64,000 nucleotides of DNA, taken from Candidatus Hodarchaeota archaeon. Lineage in GTDB: Archaea > Asgardarchaeota > Lokiarchaeia > Sigyniarchaeales > SOKP01. The position numbers were made by a program, and so were the translations under genes. Below the pieces are notes generated by a model that saw only the letters and a program-made list of their open reading frames with translations, was not told the DNA's origin and ran no database searches. Shown one piece after another: positions 60,537 to 64,000 of this stretch. How positions within the stretch are numbered: position 1 is the stretch's first letter; every line of letters begins with the position of its first letter. The stretch spans positions 107,897 through 171,896 of the forward strand of contig JBHLKM010000008.1 in the NCBI GenBank assembly GCA_048886685.1. The letters run 5' to 3'.

Positions 60537-61088
60537 TTTTTTGAAATTTAAAATTTTAAATATAAGTTAGATTTCGATTTTAAAAATTTATTCTAAAAGA
60601 TGTCATTTCCAAGGGAGTTAAAATTTAAGTCTAAATTGTTTTTAACCTATTGACCATAAAAATAATGTATTTATTCTCTTATTTATTATACAATTAAAAA
60701 ACACCTAAATAACTGATTCAAATGTCCGAGTGGAAAGATAGGATTCACACTTCGATCTGTAATAATTCTTATAATACAGGTTGAATTGCAATTGATCAAA
60801 TCATAAATCGAATTAAAAAATTTAGACTTAAGAGACAAATGAAAAGAAAAAATAAACTAAATACCAGAAATCTCAAAGATTAGCTTATCAAATGCTAGAA
60901 GCTAATCTTAGAAATTCAGCAAAGAATTCGAGATTACACAACTTTCTTCTTTTTATTGAAAATTAACAAAAACTCATTCTTTTTTATGAAAAATTAATGT
61001 CTTATTTTATGATGTTATCTTTTATAATCGCCATCCTTTAATCTCTCATTCGTTTCTGATTACATAAGATATTAATAAGTGTATTAAA

Positions 61089-61229
61089 ATGGAAGAGAAA
61101 AAAGATTACCTTGATTTAGAATTTGATGATGGCTGTTATGCGACATCTTGATCAATGATTAATATGTGGTATCAAAGAGCACGTAAAATACAAAAGTTAA
61201 AAGAAGAACAGGAACAAAAGCACAAATAA
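61089..61229 (+). other. 46-codon micro-ORF with in-frame TGA (possible selenoprotein or pseudogene)
   Basis: MEEKKDYLDLEFDDGCYATS*SMINMWYQRARKIQKLKEEQEQKHK*; TGA at 61149-61151. Confidence 0.4.
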
Positions 61230-61320
61230 ATACTAATTCTCAAGATATTAAATCGTAAAATGATAGGATTTAATATTAAGTTCGGCAAGAACTTAGAGAT
61301 TAACACAAAACCTTTTTTAT

Positions 61321-62688
61321 TTAATTAGAATTGTTTTTTGACCCTTCTCCTATTTTTCTATAGATAAATCCTTTACTTTCTATGATCTTCTTATTAAAGA
61401 TATTACGACCATCGATAATAATGGGTCTGGTCTTCATCTTTTCTTTGAGATTATCAAGATCAATCGAATAATATTGTTTATGATTTGTAGCAAACAGTAA
61501 TACATCAGAATTATTCACTGCTGCATCAAAATCAGCGGTCAACTCCGTTTCTTTATAATCTATTTCTTTAACCCAAGGATCATGGGCGATATATTCAATA
61601 TTATGGGAATGGTATCTATTTTTCAAGAAATTTACAATTCTTTCCGTAGGGGTATTTCTCGTATCATCACAATCTGCCTTATATGCAACTCCCATTAAAC
61701 CAATTCTTAAATTATCATGTTTGTCAGCTTCTTTTAGAGCATCTTCCATTAATTCAACCATATGTTCTGGCATAAAGTCATTCAATTCTCTGCCATAAGG
61801 TAGAATTTTTACATGATCAAGATATTTCTTGGCAGTATAAGTTTGAAGGCCATACATCAATAGCCATGGGTCTTTCGTGAGACAGTGACCTCCTACCCCA
61901 CTTCCGGGAAAGTGCATCATTCTATCATGTCTATAATTTATTAGTTTGATAATTTCAAAAATATTCCTGTTAAAATCCTCAGCGACTAGTGCCATTTCGT
62001 TGGCAAATGCAATATTTATATCTCTATAAGTATTTTCTATACATTTTGTTAACTCTGCAGTTAAAGTATCTGTAACTTGAAGTTCTTCCTTGACAACTTT
62101 CCCATAGAGGAATTTAGCATTCTCATTAGCTTTTCCACATCCACCACCAATTACTCTCGGAAAATCTGTAATATACTCCAGTAATTTCCCGGGCATTACT
62201 CGTTCAAATGAAAAAACAAGGTAAAAATCTTTTCGTCTTTTCATACTACTACCTTCTTCTAAAATTGGTTGTACAATATTATCCGTGGTCCCTGGTGCTA
62301 CAGTTGATTCTATAATTACCGTCACTCCCTTTTTCATTTTTGGAGCAAATAATTTTGAAACATCTATCAATGATTCGTAGCGTGGTATTCTTTTTTCGTC
62401 GACTGGAGTCTGAACATCAATCAAAATATAATCTGCTTCTTGAATATTGTCATAACTGTCCGTTACTTTGAATTTTCCATTTTTCACTACTCGTTCAATT
62501 AATGCATCTAATCCGGGCTCCTCTCCTTCAAAAGGATTCTTTCCCTCGTTAAGACAATCAATCTTCCACCCTGAACGTTTTGATCGACGCTGGATACCAG
62601 TAACATAAAAATCTTCTACATCTGCTAGCAGAGCTGCCATTGGTATTCCGACATAACCCATCCCAATTACTACAATATTAATCGTCAT
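61321..62688 (-). CDS. Nucleotide-sugar dehydrogenase (UDP-ManNAc/UDP-GlcNAc 6-dehydrogenase family)
   Basis: GMGYVG, ESTVAPGTT, ERVMPG, ENTYRDINIAFANE, GVGGHCLTKDP, AYKADCDDTR. Confidence 0.92.
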   Translation of the reverse strand: MTINIVVIGMGYVGIPMAALLADVEDFYVTGIQRRSKRSGWKIDCLNEGKNPFEGEEPGLDALIERVVKNGKFKVTDSYDNIQEADYILIDVQTPVDEKRIPRYESLIDVSKLFAPKMKKGVTVIIESTVAPGTTDNIVQPILEEGSSMKRRKDFYLVFSFERVMPGKLLEYITDFPRVIGGGCGKANENAKFLYGKVVKEELQVTDTLTAELTKCIENTYRDINIAFANEMALVAEDFNRNIFEIIKLINYRHDRMMHFPGSGVGGHCLTKDPWLLMYGLQTYTAKKYLDHVKILPYGRELNDFMPEHMVELMEDALKEADKHDNLRIGLMGVAYKADCDDTRNTPTERIVNFLKNRYHSHNIEYIAHDPWVKEIDYKETELTADFDAAVNNSDVLLFATNHKQYYSIDLDNLKEKMKTRPIIIDGRNIFNKKIIESKGFIYRKIGEGSKNNSN

Positions 62689-63020
62689 TTTCTGTTTTGT
62701 ATTGCTTTTAATGATTATTATAAATGGTATTATCTTTTCAAGTAATCCATTATAGAAAAAATTTTAGAATAAAAATGCAAAAAGAAGAGGGAAAAATAAT
62801 AAAAAATAAGTGAAATTTTTCTATTTCTTTTTAATTACTATTGTTCTATTTTGGAATCTTCTATCTTTTTCAAAAAGTTATTATCCCAAATTTAGGAATA
62901 AAACACATATAGGAATACAAAATTTATAAATAGAAAATACTTAAGTCCTATAACGAAATTCTTTTAATAATAGAAATCTGGTTGATAATTTTATTTTATA
63001 ATTAAAAAAAGGTAAATAAT

Positions 63021-64000
63021 ATGCTAGAAATCCCTAAACAGAAAGAAGAAGATCTTATTGATAAGAGAGATTTTCGAAAAAGAAGATTGAATGTGTATAA
63101 AAAACATGACCCAACTTTTCAAAAGATCATGAAGATAGATATTGAAAAAAATGTCTCATGGGGGACGATAGTTGAAGAAAACGCACAAAAGTTCCCAGAT
63201 AATCCCGCGATCAAATTTGAAGATATAATGTTTACTTATAAAGAATTTAATGAATATGTTAATCAGTACGCTCATTACTTTATCTCTTTAGGCTTGAAAA
63301 AAGGTGATGTTGTTGAGATCTTTATGATAAATAGACCAGAATTTTTAATCATTTTTACTGCTATTAGTAAAATAGGAGCAATAAACTCATTGATTAATAC
63401 CGAACTGCGAGAAAGAACCCTTGTGCATTGCTTAAAACTTACTCCTGGAAAATTGATTATCATCGGTTCAGAAGTAATCAATAATTTCATTAAAATTAAA
63501 TCTGAGCTCAATCTATCACAAGAACAGATACTTTTATTTTCGTCAGATCGGGATTCTATACCAATTCCGGATGGTTTTATTGATCTTAATCAAGCCATTA
63601 AGGATTTTCCAACTCACAATCCTTCAACTACGGTTAATATTAAAACCAATGACCCTATTGCTTATTTTTTTACTTCTGGCACTACAGGCTTATCCAAAGC
63701 AGCTATAGTAATCCATCGTTCATTAGTTCTTAATGGTTATCTTTTTGGGCCTATAATAACCGAAGCAACTACGGATGATACAATTTATGTTGCGCTCCCT
63801 TTTTTTCACGGGACTGCTATATGGCTAGGTTGGGCTCCCGCTTTTGCAAGTGGAGCGATTTTAGCAGTAAGCCGCAAGTTCAGTGTTAGCCGTTTTTGGG
63901 ATGAAATTCGTGAATATAATGCAACAATCTTTACTTATGTCGGAGAATTATGTCGATATTTGATGAATCAAGATCCAACCCCTAATGACAGAAATAATAC
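63021..64000 (+). CDS. Long-chain acyl-CoA synthetase, FATP-like (3' truncated by window edge)
   Basis: Translated by hand from ATG 63021: TYKEFNEYVNQYAHYF..GLKKGDVV, YFFTSGTTGLSKAA, LPFFH, RKFSVSRFWDE..FTYVGELCRYL. Confidence 0.9.
   Translation, partial: MLEIPKQKEEDLIDKRDFRKRRLNVYKKHDPTFQKIMKIDIEKNVSWGTIVEENAQKFPDNPAIKFEDIMFTYKEFNEYVNQYAHYFISLGLKKGDVVEIFMINRPEFLIIFTAISKIGAINSLINTELRERTLVHCLKLTPGKLIIIGSEVINNFIKIKSELNLSQEQILLFSSDRDSIPIPDGFIDLNQAIKDFPTHNPSTTVNIKTNDPIAYFFTSGTTGLSKAAIVIHRSLVLNGYLFGPIITEATTDDTIYVALPFFHGTAIWLGWAPAFASGAILAVSRKFSVSRFWDEIREYNATIFTYVGELCRYLMNQDPTPNDRNN

Noticed and set aside
60722-60966. Coding-like fragments (MSEWKDRIH..., QRLAYQMLEANLRNS...)
   Set aside because: Multiple stops and frames with no recognisable family; a pseudogene call cannot be supported.
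2750-63511. Many 60-150 aa ORFs antisense to or nested in long genes (e.g. 8175..8633, 33812..34162, 48944..49246, 59791..60213, 63275..63511)
   Set aside because: Shadow ORFs of well-supported genes, with no motifs or SD of their own.
1-64000. tRNA, rRNA, CRISPR arrays, IS elements
   Set aside because: No GC-rich structured RNA, regularly spaced repeats or transposase ORF seen by eye; tRNAscan-SE or Infernal would be decisive.

Overview
AT-rich, gene-dense prokaryotic DNA. Gene content and promoter style suggest an Asgard archaeon, probably Lokiarchaeia; this is an inference from TATA-like boxes, oligo-T terminators, a split archaeal glutamate synthase, Hdr/FrhB domains, and longin- and RING-like proteins. 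Positions 1-21.6 kb hold a lipid/organosulfur catabolic region: three nitronate-monooxygenase/FabK-like flavoproteins, a thiolase, a 3-hydroxyacyl-CoA dehydrogenase, two alkyl sulfatases, an esterase, and a cytoplasmic DMSO-reductase-family enzyme whose Fe-S subunit is split by a GltD-like module. Positions 23-35 kb hold carAB, a heterodimeric ABC exporter whose last 105 bp are duplicated around a frameshifted vWA/zinc-finger gene, and a fused DppBC permease. Positions 36-56 kb hold the most notable feature, a nitrogen-assimilation island. It contains glnA, a three-subunit glutamate synthase co-operonic with an HdrB-HdrC fusion, a second FMN glutamate-synthase-like subunit, NfnA plus an FrhB-NfnB fusion, and gdhA. 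It also carries its own candidate regulatory layer: a GGG-N8-CCCA box upstream of four operons, two paralogous Zn-ribbon proteins ending in LIYE, an Lrp, and an unannotated small wHTH with an ATA start. Positions 57-64 kb hold small eukaryote-like proteins, a micro-ORF with an in-frame UGA, a nucleotide-sugar dehydrogenase and a truncated acyl-CoA synthetase. No rRNA, tRNA, CRISPR array, transposase or integrase was seen. All product calls come from motif recognition by eye, not database searches.
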